Origin: Octopus vulgaris
Taxonomy: Eukaryota
NCBI GenBank assembly: GCA_951406725.2
Contig: OX597821.1
Coordinates: forward strand, 10,602,001 to 10,666,000
Direction: 5' to 3'
DNA length: 64,000 nt
In this document: piece by piece, positions 14,412 to 27,779 of the stretch
Layout: each line of letters starts with the position of its first letter
Numbering within the stretch: position 1 is the first letter of the stretch
The notes under the pieces: generated by a model
What the model saw: the letters and a program-made list of their open reading frames with translations, nothing else
The model's database searches: none
What the model was told of the DNA's origin: nothing
Translations under genes and position numbers: made by a program

Positions 14412-14585
14412 TATATAGTGGTTGTATAGTGGTTGTCAACATAACGTGACAGTCCCGTAAAGGGAATTACACCACTGCTATATAGCCCTAAGAAGCATCG
14501 ACGCTTCCTGTCGGCTTTGACACATTTCCTGTGTCCTTATATTTGCAAAGGGGAGGCAAGCGCCCCAACCAACTAGGACTAGCAA

Positions 14586-14631
14586 CCTGAAGACAAGCAT
14601 ATTTCTGGGCCTTGCCCGTCATCAGTCCAGG
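14586..14631 (-). ncRNA. Minimal type-I hammerhead ribozyme, canonical CUGAUGA core
   Basis: CCTGGA CTGATGA cGGGCaagGCCCa GAA ATATGCTTGT C TTCAGG; 6-bp stem I (one G-U), GUC triplet; the stem II closing pair is a C-A mismatch. Confidence 0.7.
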
Positions 14632-15939
14632 GTAGCGAGTCCCGCTAGCGGGGATACCTGCCACTTAGAAAAACAATGGAAAATTGTACAAGAACAAAAG
14701 AAAAAGCTTACTACCAATATCTCGTGAACATCCCTTTACTATATATGCTCTCCTAAATGAATTAATTTCTTACAAATTGATAGATCGATGTTGTTCCATT
14801 CGTTTTTCAATAATTTGGAATATTTATTCTCTTAAGCCAGCTGGAATCATGTTTCACCCTTAATGTATTTTTTCATACAATCACACACGCGCACACATGC
14901 ACATATAGGTATATGTATGCATGTCATTATTCAGTTTATATCAACATTTCTTGCCAATAGAGAAAGAACAGGTTTCTAGCCTAGATCTAAAATTCCTTCA
15001 TTGGTATTTCAACATAAAAAGGGTATTTTTGTATGTATCTATGTATCTATATGTTTAGGCATGTATGTGTGTGTATGTATTTATGTATGCATATGTTTAT
15101 GCATGTATGTATGTATATGTGTGTATGAATGTAAGTAATTATGTATGCATGTATTTATGTATGTTTGTATGTATGTATGGATGAATGTGTAGATTTGTAT
15201 GTTTTATACATGCATTCTCATGCATATAGTTGCATATCTAGGCAAGCTCATATACATTTAAAGGATAAACTTCTGGAAAGTTCTGGAGATATTTATAGTT
15301 CCAGTGATGGATTGCATCTGTAGTGTTCAAATTAGCTTCCTGCTTTCTGGTTTCTAGAAGTCTAATTTCTCATGATTGGTATTTAGGCAGTGAGTTACAT
15401 ATCCCAGGGCCCCAATAATTACAGGTATAAACCTGAACTTGTAACACATACACACATTCGAAGCGAAAAGTCGCATATTTGTTGTGGCAGACTATTTATC
15501 GAAAATACGATGAACACTATCTCCAAATATGGAGTCATAAATATCAGCCTTGTTATATTAGTGGTTAATTAACTGAGGGAGCCTATATTCGCGATTGAAT
15601 TGAGTTTCGACTGCAATTTGAATATTCCATACAAACAACATGGCTGGATGCAACATCAACAACACAATCGAGTAACTGAACGAAAACAGCAGCTAAACAG
15701 GTAAACAAATTGTTTCTAGCTGGAGTTATGATTTGAATAATGATCTACTTAACTGTTACGAAGACGCGAAACAAAATGTATGTATGTACGTATGTATGCA
15801 TGCATTATGCACGTATGTATGTGTGTCTGTCTGTCTGTCTGTATGTATGTATGTCTGTATGTATGTATGTATGTATGTATGTATGTATGTATGTATGTAT
15901 GTATGTATGAATGGATAGATGGATGCATGGAGGGATGGA

Positions 15940-17000
15940 TATATAAATATATAAGGAAATTATTGCTTACAATAATATCAAATGCAGAGCTTGCGTAAAA
16001 AATTACAATTAGGTGCAAACATTATTAATAAATAACTAAGTGTGCTACATGAAGCACTAGCACCCTAAAACTAAAAGTCACAGAACGACCACGGTCACAA
16101 ATTTCCACTGATGCACATGAATTGAAATCGGAAGATTGAGCAGAAATTCTAAGCCAGTGTACCAATAACGACAAGAATCATAAATTGAAAAGCCATGCTG
16201 GAGTGGCTGTGTGGTAAGTAGCTTGCTAACTAACCACATGGTTCCGGGTTCAGTCCCACTGCGTGGCATCTTGGGCAAGTGTCTTCTGTTATAGCCCCGA
16301 GCCGACCAATACCTTGTGAGTGGATTTGGTAGACAGAAACTGAAAGAGGCCTGTCGTATATATGTATATATATATGAGTGTGTGTGATTGTGTGTCTGTG
16401 TTTGTCCCCTAGCATTGCTTCACAACCGATGCTGGTGTGTTTACGTCCCCGTCACTTAGCGGTTCGGCAAAAGAGACCGATAGAATAAGTACTGGGCTTA
16501 CAAAGAATAAGTCTCGGGGTCGAGTTGCTCGACTAAAGGCGGTGCTCCAGCATGGCCGCAGTCAAATGACTGAAACAAGTAAAAGAGTAAAGAGTATACT
16601 CGTAGCGTAAAGATTTTAAAACTTTGTGGAGATGCCACCTAGTTCTCATCAGCTAGTGCTACTGACCCGAGAGTCATAGAGCATGCCTATCTCAAACAAT
16701 ATATGCGATTACCATTTTTAATGCCGCAGCAAATTTTGAAATATCAAATAAGTGAATATTGACATATATATAAGGATATTATTGTTTACAATAATATCAA
16801 ATGACAAAATATGCGTAAAAACACTCAAGGTGAAAATTTATTAATTAATAATTAAGGATGCTACAAATAGCTCCAGCTCGCTTAAAATAAAGGTCAGTAG
16901 GCAACTACAACCACACATTATCACTGATATAGATTAATTGAAATCGGGGGAATGAGCAGAAATTCTAAGACGACCCTTGGTTCTCATCAACGAGTCTTAC
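15940..17000 (+). repeat. Diverged direct duplication (~15940-16160 plus 16620-16690 vs ~16762-17000), first copy interrupted by a SINE
   Basis: Shared blocks ataagga.attattg.ttacaataatatcaaatg, tgcgtaaaaa, aattgaaatcgg, tgagcagaaattctaag, gttctcatca. Confidence 0.75.
16197..16597 (+). mobile_element. tRNA-derived SINE family A, near full length
   Basis: A/B boxes, internal TA/TG tract, (gtaaaaga)n tail. Confidence 0.9.
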
Positions 17001-17218
17001 GAATATGCATGAGTTTTCAATTTACGATTCTGTTCGTGATTCGTAAGGGATGCTCAGAATTTCTGTTCTTTCTCTTATTTCTATTAATGTGTGTCAGTGA
17101 AAATGTGTGGTCGTATTCGACTTCTCTCTGCTATTTTTGCGTTCTGGTGCTATTTGTATATATATATTGAAATGCACACTGACACACACATACACAAACA
17201 CACACACATACACACACA

Positions 17219-17266
<48 letters not shown>

Positions 17267-17432
17267 TGTGTGTATGTGTCTGTGTTTGTCTGTGCGTGTG
17301 TATGGATATATGCAAGCAGAGATATGTATTTATATGCAACTTTGACGTTAGTTTTGTTAAGGTAGATAACCATATTCAAAGACTATCATGCAATCATATG
17401 CACAACGTTCGTCAATACAATATATCTTTGAT

Positions 17433-17612
<180 letters not shown>

Positions 17613-17868
17613 TATTTAAAGAACCCATATGTACTGACATTTCTTGTTGATTTTTGATCGTGCATTTCTAATTATTGATAATTACCCATAACAAAAATCA
17701 AATTTGTAATTGAATTTTTGAAGCCATGTATCTGAGATAATAAACAAACTGGTCTATAGAAAAAAAAAGAAACAATCCATCCATTCAACCAGTTAATTAT
17801 GTGTATAAAATATGTACGTATGTATAAGTATACGTATAAAATAATAAAATTATATATATATATATATA

Positions 17869-19138
17869 CGAGGGGCGTTCAATAAGTAATGCCCCTGACC
17901 CACTTCCCCTAGCAGTAGAGCAACGACACTTGGCACAGTTATTAGTCTTTTCATACATAGGAACTACCCAGAGTTATGCATTTCTCCCATCGTTTGATAC
18001 AGCTCTGGAGACCGTTTTTGTAGAAGACCCCAGCTTGGTCCTCCAACCACGACGTGACTTCAGAAATCAAGGCTGCATCATCTGGGAAACGCTTTCCTTT
18101 CAAAATCAACTTCATGGCTGGGAAGAGGGGAAAATCAGAGAGTGCAAGGGGAGGAGTTCATAGCTGCACGTCTGTGCTTCTGATCTTGCGACAAGCGAGT
18201 TGTGGACCGGAGCGTTGTCCTGCAGGAGGAGGATGCCTTTGCTGATCTTGCCCCGCCTCTTGATTTCGATAGCTTCTCTTAATTTCCTCAAAAGTGAAGC
18301 ATAATAGCCTCCTGTAATTGTGGTACCCTTTGCCAGGAAATCTGTCATCACTACTCCGTCCTGGTCCCAGAAGACTGTGAGCATAACCTTGTCAGCGGAG
18401 GGCTGCACCCTTGCCTTCTTTGGAGGAGGTGAGTCACGGTGCTTTCACTGCATTGACTGGGCTTTGGTCTCTGGATCATAGTGATGGACCCAGGTTTTAT
18501 CCTGTGTGATCATTCTTTTGAAAAATTTTGACTCATCTTCTTGGCACATCTCCAAATTCATCCTCGCGCACTCAACGCGTTCTTGCTTCTGGAAAGGTGT
18601 GAGCAACCTGGAAATCCATCTGGCAGACACCTTTTGCATATGCAAATGGTCAGAAATGATAGTTTACACAGACCCGGTACTAATCTTGACCTTATGGGCT
18701 ATTTGGCGAATAGTTATGGGTTGACCTTCCAAAATGGCAGCCTCAGCTTGACGGACAGACGTCTCATCAACGGCAGAAGGGGGCGACCAGATCTGGGAGC
18801 TGTTTCCACAGAGTTCCGACTGTGTTTGAATTCACAATGCCAGCGTTTTACAAGGTCATATGATGGGGCATCATCACCATAAGTTACTTTCATTTCATCA
18901 AAAGTCTCCCGTGGTGTGCGTCCTTTCAAATACAAAAACCGGATCACTGCTCGACACTCAACAGGCTCCATTTCACACCTGACTCGGTTCAAACACCTGT
19001 AAATCAGAAACCACAATTAGTTCAGAGCTGTCATTTGCCACTTACTCTATAGAGGTATAAATAAGTGCACATGCAAAACGTCAGCTAGATCAAACAACTG
19101 CAAGTGGGTCAGGGGCATTACTTATTGAACGCCCCTCG
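17869..19138 (-). mobile_element. Full-length mariner transposon with perfect 37-bp TIRs and TA target sites; transposase pseudogene (~18971 to ~17942)
   Basis: TIR CGAGGGGCGTTCAATAAGTAATGCCCCTGACCCACTT at both ends; MEPVECRAVIRFLYLKG, KVSARWISRLLT, ITQDKTWVHHYDPE, KVMLTVFWD, LLQDNAPVH; frameshifts, stops and loss of YSPDL. Confidence 0.97.
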
Positions 19139-19435
19139 TATAAAGAAATACGTTTTTCGCGTGTGTATCTCACTGGGTAAAAATTCTATAAAAGAAGTGA
19201 AAACTTTCAATGATGTTATATAGTGTATAACTTACAATAACTTGTCAACATGTGTGAGAACTTGGTGATTTTTGTTCAATATACGGAGACTGAGAATCGG
19301 TAATGAATACATGCAATTAGTGACTCATATGAGTATACCCATTCCTGAATACATACATACTAATAAACACACACACACGCGCGCCTATATACTTGTGTAT
19401 ATATTATATATGTATGTATACACACAGGCGTATAT

Positions 19436-19518
<83 letters not shown>

Positions 19519-19530
19519 TATATATATGTG

Positions 19531-19579
<49 letters not shown>

Positions 19580-19598
19580 AGAGATGGCACGTACGCCG

Positions 19599-19640
<42 letters not shown>

Positions 19641-19778
19641 CGGAGATGTACTCGCATAGCAAGTGATTTGATCTGCGATCGTGTGCTGAAACGAAAACAA
19701 TTGCAGCGTGGAAGGTGTTTGTAAGCCATTTAAGAAACACACAAAAGCCATTCGATTCACTTCAACATTTAAGTTTAA

Positions 19779-19828
19779 TTTGTCAAAATATTTTCGTCGC
19801 TAAAATCCGCGACCTGTTCACTGACAAA
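19779..19828 (-). ncRNA. Minimal type-I hammerhead with G3-C8 variant core
   Basis: TTTGTCA GTGAACA g GTCGC ggatttta GCGAC GAA AATATT T TGACAAA; 7-bp stem I, 5-bp stem II, palindromic stem III. Confidence 0.7.
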
Positions 19829-19843
19829 AATGCATCACCGATT

Positions 19844-19893
19844 TTCGTCAGTGAACAGGTCGCGGATTTTAGCGACGAAAATATTTTGACAAA
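19844..19893 (+). ncRNA. Second copy of the G3-C8 variant hammerhead (opposite arm)
   Basis: TTCGTCA GTGAACA g GTCGC..GCGAC GAA AATATT T TGACAAA; one stem I mismatch. Confidence 0.65.
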
Positions 19894-20007
19894 TTAAACT
19901 TAAATAATGTTGAAGTGAATCGAACGGCTTTTGTGTGTTTCTTAAATGGCTTACAAACAACTTCCACGCTGCAATTGTTGATATATATATATATATATAT
20001 ATATATA

Positions 20008-20098
20008 ATAAAATACAGACTGGGACAAGAACGCAAAACATTTAGGAGACGATACAAAAAACATGGATGGGACATTCGAAGCCTTCAATTTTCAGTCA
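20008..20098. mobile_element. Interspersed repeat fragment, related copy at 61365-61530 (probable PLE terminus)
   Basis: aaaatacagactgggacaagaacgcaaaacatttag...gggacattc..ttcaat.ttcagtca shared with 61365-61453; both adjoin (TA)n. Confidence 0.6.
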
Positions 20099-20262
20099 TG
20101 GTTTTACATGCATATAATGGTGTACATACAGGGTACGTTTGTGAATGTATACTTATTTAGTATTAGTATTAATATTGAAGCATATGGGGATCTGTAGATA
20201 TATTTATAGTTTATATGTATGATTACTGGATCACGAGTATAGACAGGTACAAATAAGAATGC

Positions 20263-20330
20263 CCCATCGTCCTGGTCTACCAACGGTATGTTACCCCACC
20301 GTTCTGGTCTACCGACAGCATGTTACCCCA
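20263..20330. repeat. Two-copy ~32-bp tandem repeat
   Basis: ccccatcgtcctggtctaccaacggtatgtta / ccccaccgttctggtctaccgacagcatgtta. Confidence 0.8.
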
Positions 20331-20399
20331 TACTTCCACAAGTAACAGTATACATAAACCTAACTTATGTACTATGGCCAGTAACCCCTCCCTTAATGG

Positions 20400-20725
20400 A
20401 TTTTTAGAAAATACACGCACGACTAGCTAATCCTTTATACCAGCACTTAGCAATTAAATCGCATCCTACAAATAAACAGAGTAATAACATTATTGAACGC
20501 TATCCAATGGATTAAATTATAAATTTCGAAATGTAAACCTTTATGTACGATTGGATAATTGAGTATAATATAGTGTAATTTACTACAGCTAAACAGCCTA
20601 ATACATGAGAATCCCTAGATGTTTGCACTTCATAGCTACCACATTTACACGAAGAAAACACCTATTTGATATTTCCTCTTCCCTCGGATCTAAACTGAAT
20701 ATTAACCCAAACGGATTCAATTAAT
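20400..20725 (+). mobile_element. Penelope-like GIY-YIG C-terminal relic
   Basis: TRRKHLFDISSSLGSKLNINPNGFN resembles the RE..LI..LG....P.GLN C-terminus; heavily decayed. Confidence 0.4.
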
Positions 20726-20791
20726 TATTTAATTTATTAGCTGGAAATGTTCTGGTTACACTCCTTTATATGTACACGGATTTACCGTTAG

Positions 20792-20845
<54 letters not shown>

Positions 20846-20853
20846 GTATGTAT

Positions 20854-21274
20854 ACTCTTTTACTGTTTCACTCTTTTACTTGTTTCAGTCATTTGACTGC
20901 GGCCATGCTGGAGCACCGCCTTTAATCGAGCAAATCGACCCCGGGACTTATTCTTTTTGTAAGCCCAGTGCTTATTCTATCGGCCACTTTTGCCGAACTG
21001 CTAAGTAACGGGGACATAAACACACCAGCATCGGTTGTCAAGCAATGCTAGGGGGTCAAACACAGACACACAAACACGCACACACACGCATATATACATA
21101 TATACATATATACGACGGGCTTCTTTTCAGTTACCGTCTACCAGATCCACTCACAAGGCTTTGGTCGGCCCGAGGCAAGTAGAAGACACTTGCCCAATAT
21201 GCCACGCAGTGGGACTGAACCCGGAACCATGTGGTTGGTAAACAATCTACTTAACACACGGCCACTCCTGCGCC
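20854..21274 (-). mobile_element. tRNA-derived SINE family A, full length
   Basis: Reverse complement of the 16197 copy, including the ggcgcaggagtgg head and gtaaaaga tail. Confidence 0.92.
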
Positions 21275-21419
21275 TATGTATATATATATAATTTATTTAG
21301 AAGCAGCAGAAATTTAACAAATGTTTTCCACCTTGTTTCACATTTATGTGTTTATTCCGGTATATATATGTATGTATATATATATATATATATATATATA
21401 GATATATACATATATCAAT

Positions 21420-21633
21420 AATACAGTGATTGTTTCTTGTCAATAACAAAAAGATTAAAAGGACTGCTATAGATGGGCTCTATTGAAAGAGACAAAAATA
21501 TCAAACTAAAGTTATTGAACAAACAATACAAGATCATCCGCATAGCATTTCATATTTCGAACATTCAATTATAGAATATACATATAAACATCCCACAAGA
21601 TGGAACATAATTCATCTGTACAAGCATACAAGC

Positions 21634-21699
<66 letters not shown>

Positions 21700-21866
21700 G
21701 GTACGAGAAAAAAATTTTCATCACAGTTTAGAGTTAATACTTTAGCGATTCAGAAAAATAATTTTTTTTAAAAAAAAACCTTACAATACCTAGGAAGTAA
21801 ACATATAATATAAAGTAATATATAAAAATACATGACCTTGCATTTGTTTGTTCAATAACTTTAGTT

Positions 21867-21912
<46 letters not shown>

Positions 21913-22170
21913 AGAGATATATATACATATATAGATATATATATATATATATATATATATAAAGAGAGATATATATACATATATAGATATCCATATAAAC
22001 ATTTTATTCATACTACTACCCCACTTAAATTAAACACTTATTGAAATAATTTAATGCTATAATAGAGTGCCATCCATTTAATAATTTATATCCATTATTC
22101 TATATTTTATTAGTATAGGTTTTTGGCAATAAATAAGTATAATTCAGAAAAACAAGCAATCGATACCGTC
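21420..22170. repeat. Decayed long inverted repeat split by microsatellites
   Basis: tatcaaactaaagttattgaacaaacaa (~21499) vs ttgtttgttcaataactttagtttgata (~21844-21871); weaker outer matches. Confidence 0.6.
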
Positions 22171-23529
22171 TGCATTTGTTCTTCCTTTCAAAACCTTCTT
22201 TTTTTAACATCCACCTTACGTGGTGTACACAGACATTAGCCCGTGTTCACTCATTATAAATAACCAATATGTATTAATAGTATTACTGCCCACCTCTGTT
22301 TGCATTATAGACTAGGAATTATTTATTTTCTATAAAACACAACAATTTACAAATCTTTTCTTAATTCACAATCAAAATCATTCAAAAATATGTGAACAAT
22401 TAAGTGTGCTATAACTCCCATAATTTAACCTAGATAACGTAAATAACTGAGATATGTTTGGGCCAGAGATTTGCCACGTCAGTGTCTAAAGTTATAGCAG
22501 CATTGGATAGGATCTATTGAGTCATTTTAAAGTAATTTTTTGTGGTATCGTAACCGATCCAATTAAGGAGTTCCTTTGACTGCGATATATCAATGTATAG
22601 GTGGTCTACTTCGTATCCCTCGAATGAATTGTCCCTATTTCGTTTCTAAAGAGAGTGTGCTGCAACGAATTAGGTGCAGTAAATCTGATGAATATGTGGT
22701 TGTGTATGGCACATGCCCCCAATGTTGCATAGTTTCTAAATCTGATGTTAAATATTGGTTGTATATTCTCTAAGTTGTGCAAATGATTAACGTTCACGTC
22801 GCCTCTGCGACTCATTAACAATAGATACGTTACCGTGGTAACATTTTGTTTTGTGTCTTATCACACGAGTTATATACGAAAATCTATTGAATAGACAGAC
22901 GTGTGAGAGACCGTTTTATGAATTTTGTGAGATTCAGAATTCAATTGTATAACTGCGATATTGAATGCTTTTAACACTCTTCCTGATGCTGGACGAACAT
23001 CCTTGCAACACACACAAAGAAACACAAGGTCACATTCATCATCCCATTCTGAAACACACGAATATATACACGCACAGGCGAAAAGTACAAACACGCATAC
23101 GTATAGATATTAATCCATATAAATGTGTGCGTGTATATTATATATACATACACTTGCATATATTACAATTAAATAGCGTTTAAAAGTTAAAATATGTTTC
23201 ACTCTTATTGCAACTATCCCAAACTCTGTTTACTTATCACAGGTGCTGCCACAGTTATTCTGACCAGGTGGTTCACGAAAATTATGTCATTGCTGATGTT
23301 CAATATGTTTTAGATTAAGCAACGTTGATCTACCTTCGCTGTTTGCCACTCAGGAAGGATAAATAGATAGAAACACGCATATGGCAATCCACTGAGGCAA
23401 GCACTGTGTAGATATGGTGATTTATATCTTTCAACATAAAAAAAAGAATATTTTTCTCTTGGGTAACTGCAGTGAATTTGATTTTAGAAGTAAAAATGTG
23501 TTACAGAAATATTTTACCAAAACTAAATT

Positions 23530-23612
<83 letters not shown>

Positions 23613-23814
23613 GTGTATGTATGTGTGTGTGCGTGAGTGTGTGTGAGAGGGAGCGGGGTAGATACAGCGATAGATAGATAAACACATACACACACACATA
23701 CACACATATATATATATATCATACATACGTAAGTAATAAACATATATGTCTGTATCTGCAAATGTGTACATGCCTACTGTTGCAGATATTTCCATGTATG
23801 TAAGCATATATATA

Positions 23815-24470
23815 CATTGGGTTGTGACAACTAAGTTTCCGACGTTTTTTCTTTTAATTTGAATTTTAAAAAAGGTTCAATAAAAGATAACAACTAATTA
23901 ATCAATAATTTATTCACTCTTCTTATTTACAACTTCTTCCCAACATTCAACAAGTTTCATCGATACTGAACAACAATCCGCGCATAGCATTTTGGAAGAG
24001 ATCGAAAGAGGTGGAAATCCGTCGGTGCCAAATAAGGAGAGTACAATGAGTGTAGTAAACCAGCGGAGATTGTGGCTCGTTGATTCTTGTTGTTGTAACT
24101 TAAAGCATGCAGAACCCATGATCCATAATACTGAATATTTCTCATCAAGTGAAGATGATTATCTATAGCAGCGTGGAATCATTCCATTATCTCTGCCAGT
24201 TTTCTTGTCGTATAAATTTTCGTATAAATGTTTGTTTAATCGCTCGTCATCGAACTCAATGGACGGCCAGAACGAGGTACGTCTTTAAGGTCAAAATTTG
24301 CATTTTTGAACTTGTGTATACCAAACAGGAGCAGTTCTTTCAGCTATGGCACCCTCTCCATACACAGCACAAATGTCGCGAGCAGCTTTTGCAGCCCTAG
24401 AACCTTGATTAAAAGCAAAAAGACGGAGGTGTCGAGATTGCTCGTTTACTTAACTTGACTTTCCATTTTT
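23815..24470 (-). mobile_element. Degenerate mariner relic
   Basis: HSLYSPYLAPTDFHLFRSL (YSPDLAPSD motif), KLVECWEEVVNKKSE C-terminus. Confidence 0.85.
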
Positions 24471-24560
24471 ATGATCTGAAAATAGACAAAAGATTACGTA
24501 AAATTAACTATAAAAAACAAAATAGATTCCAAAATTTAAAAACACAATAAATTCCCAAAT

Positions 24561-24608
<48 letters not shown>

Positions 24609-24673
24609 TAAAACGGTAAGATAACAAAAGAAAGAAAGAGACCTCAATATTATGTAAATAGAGGAAATTTATC

Positions 24674-24840
24674 TATAAAATAATATGTTACATTACTCGA
24701 TAGTCAAGATAAAACTCTGAGTTCCAGATGACGAAGTGGGAATCCACAACGCCAGATAACCGAAGAGATGGCGTTGTAGATTCCCACTCCGTCATCTGAA
24801 ACTCAGAGTTTTATCTTGACTATCGAGTAATGTAACATAT

Positions 24841-24849
<9 letters not shown>
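24674..24849. repeat. ~80-bp-arm palindrome between (TA)n tracts
   Basis: 24674-24754 vs 24769-24849, about 3 mismatches. Confidence 0.95.
24754..24816 (+). ncRNA. Minimal type-I hammerhead with C4 core variant
   Basis: AGATAA CCGAAGA GATGGCG..CGTCATC t GAA ACTCAGAGT T TTATCT; stems I, II and III all pair; one extra U before GAAA. Confidence 0.6.
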
Positions 24850-24873
<24 letters not shown>

Positions 24874-24994
24874 CTTACCTATGCATGTATATATCCATGC
24901 ATACCGTTTGTGTATCCCTTATTATTATTAATATTATTATTATTATTATTACTATTATTATTATTATTATTATCATCATTATTATTATTATTAA

Positions 24995-25026
<32 letters not shown>

Positions 25027-25053
25027 GTAGTGTTATTGTTGTTGTTGTTGTTA

Positions 25054-25086
<33 letters not shown>

Positions 25087-25973
25087 GTTTATAATTTTTA
25101 TAACAATTATATGAAGTAATGATGTGAAAACAAATTCTTTTCCTAACCTTTCGCGCGTGTGTGTGTTTGTGCGTATATGCGTGCGCTCGCGTCTATGTGT
25201 GTCTTTTAGTATGTATATATGCATAGTTGTATAGATATACGTATATGTTTTTATGTACGTTTCGATGTATACTCGTATGCGTGTGTGTATTTTTGTGCGT
25301 ATGCATATATAGAAACAGAGTCAAATTGTATTTTAATTATAAGATAATATTTTCTTTCCATTCCACTAAACAATAGTTTTCTCTCGAAAACATCTGTAAT
25401 TTTATTCTCATGACACAAATGGTTTTTTTTAAATATTCGATTTGAGACGTGTTTACCTAGAATTGATAATCAATCGTTATTCATTAATTAAGCTTATTAA
25501 TTTCACGAAATTTTAATGAAAACTGAGAGATGTTAATTTATATTTTATAAAGAACAATGTACACGTGAGTAGTAAAACTTAATTACATTGAGATATTTTG
25601 CCAACGCAAAGAGATGTTGCGATAGTGCTCTTTAATAATTCGATAGAATACATCAATTTTACGTGTTGCTTTCCCTATCTTCTGTAACGATATCTCCCAC
25701 TTACATCGCCGATAATTCTTGTCTTTATAAGGAAATATATTTTTAGTACTTACTTTCAATATTCTTATTCTTATTTTTAGTATTAAAGCAACTGTATTTT
25801 ATATTGTTTGTGTTGCTGTTTTGGAAGGTATTTTAAATCTGAAGTTTCCTTAAGATTCTTATAAAATAAAGATATGCATGTTTCGAAATGTCGCCAATGT
25901 AAGTCCCGTTTTCAAAATATTTCAACGCCTTCCATAAGCGTTCACGCGTTGTACCCAGTGCATCTCTTATCAC

Positions 25974-26266
25974 AAGTGGAGGCACATGGCCTAGTGGTTA
26001 GATTAGCGGACTCGTAGGTTCAAATCTCCGACCGGGCGTGTGTGTTTATGAGCGAAACACCTAAGCTCCACGCGGCTCCGGCAGAAGGTAATGGCGAACT
26101 TCTGCTGACTCTTTCGCCACAACTTTCTCTCACATTTTCCTCCTGCATCTTGCAGCTAACCTGCGACGGACCGGCGTACCGTCCTGGCGGAGCACCTATA
26201 CGCCCAGGAAATCGGGAAACTGAATCTTATGAGCCAGGCATGGCTCGAGAAGGAACAAGGAACAAA
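25974..26266 (+). mobile_element. tRNA-derived SINE (V-SINE-like core) with 13-bp TSD
   Basis: tggcctagtggttag (A box), ggttcaaatc (B box), cctgcgacggaccggcg..cgtcc core; CATCTCTTATCAC at 25961-25973 and 26267-26279. Confidence 0.9.
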
Positions 26267-27022
26267 CATCTCTTATCACTGAGACAATTTTCATTTTAGT
26301 CTATTACAAATATTTCATCTGTCCGGCTAACTCGTCATATTTCTCAGTTCTTTCTTTTGCATGTGAATTATATTATCACATAATATATAAAATTCTTTGA
26401 TCGTACACATTTTCGACGACTATAACCATAACGCTTCTTCTTGCTTCAGCATCAATGTGTTTATGCATGCGTCCTACACACTCCTATAAACATGTGTTTC
26501 TTCTATCACAGTCCCAAATTCATGTTCGCACCACATATTTACTTATTTGAACCCATACACCCGGTTAGCATCCCGAGGTTTTCCGTTACACAAACAATCG
26601 TACCTTAATGATACTCTTTCGTGCTAATATAGAATATTCACACAATAAATGAATAGTATCGTCTATTCTTCCGAGCAATCTATATTAGGTCTCTTTTGGA
26701 GATTTACGATACATTACCTAAAACAATTTTATCCTAAATAGCTTGATCCCGCGCGATTAGGATATAATTAACAGTTAGGTCTCTCACTTCAGGTCTCTAC
26801 ATTTCAGTGACAAACAGAGTTCTTCATATCCTACATGCTTCGTTTGTTGCAAGGAATGGCTATGCAATTCCTTCTGTATCCCGTAACATTTTAGATATTT
26901 CTAGCCGCCCAGACGATTCTTCTTTCATAACATATATTACCGTGTTTCAAAAAACACATGGCAGTGCAAAGTTGTAGAATCTGTTTCTATTAAATTTCAG
27001 GATTATTATTATTATTATTATT

Positions 27023-27777
<755 letters not shown>

Positions 27778-27779
27778 TT

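Larger units (their letters stand above)
19696..19979. repeat. Near-perfect ~135-bp-arm palindrome between (TA)n tracts
   Basis: The arms are reverse complements apart from a few substitutions and one 3-nt indel; short spacer at ~19831-19840. Confidence 0.95.
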
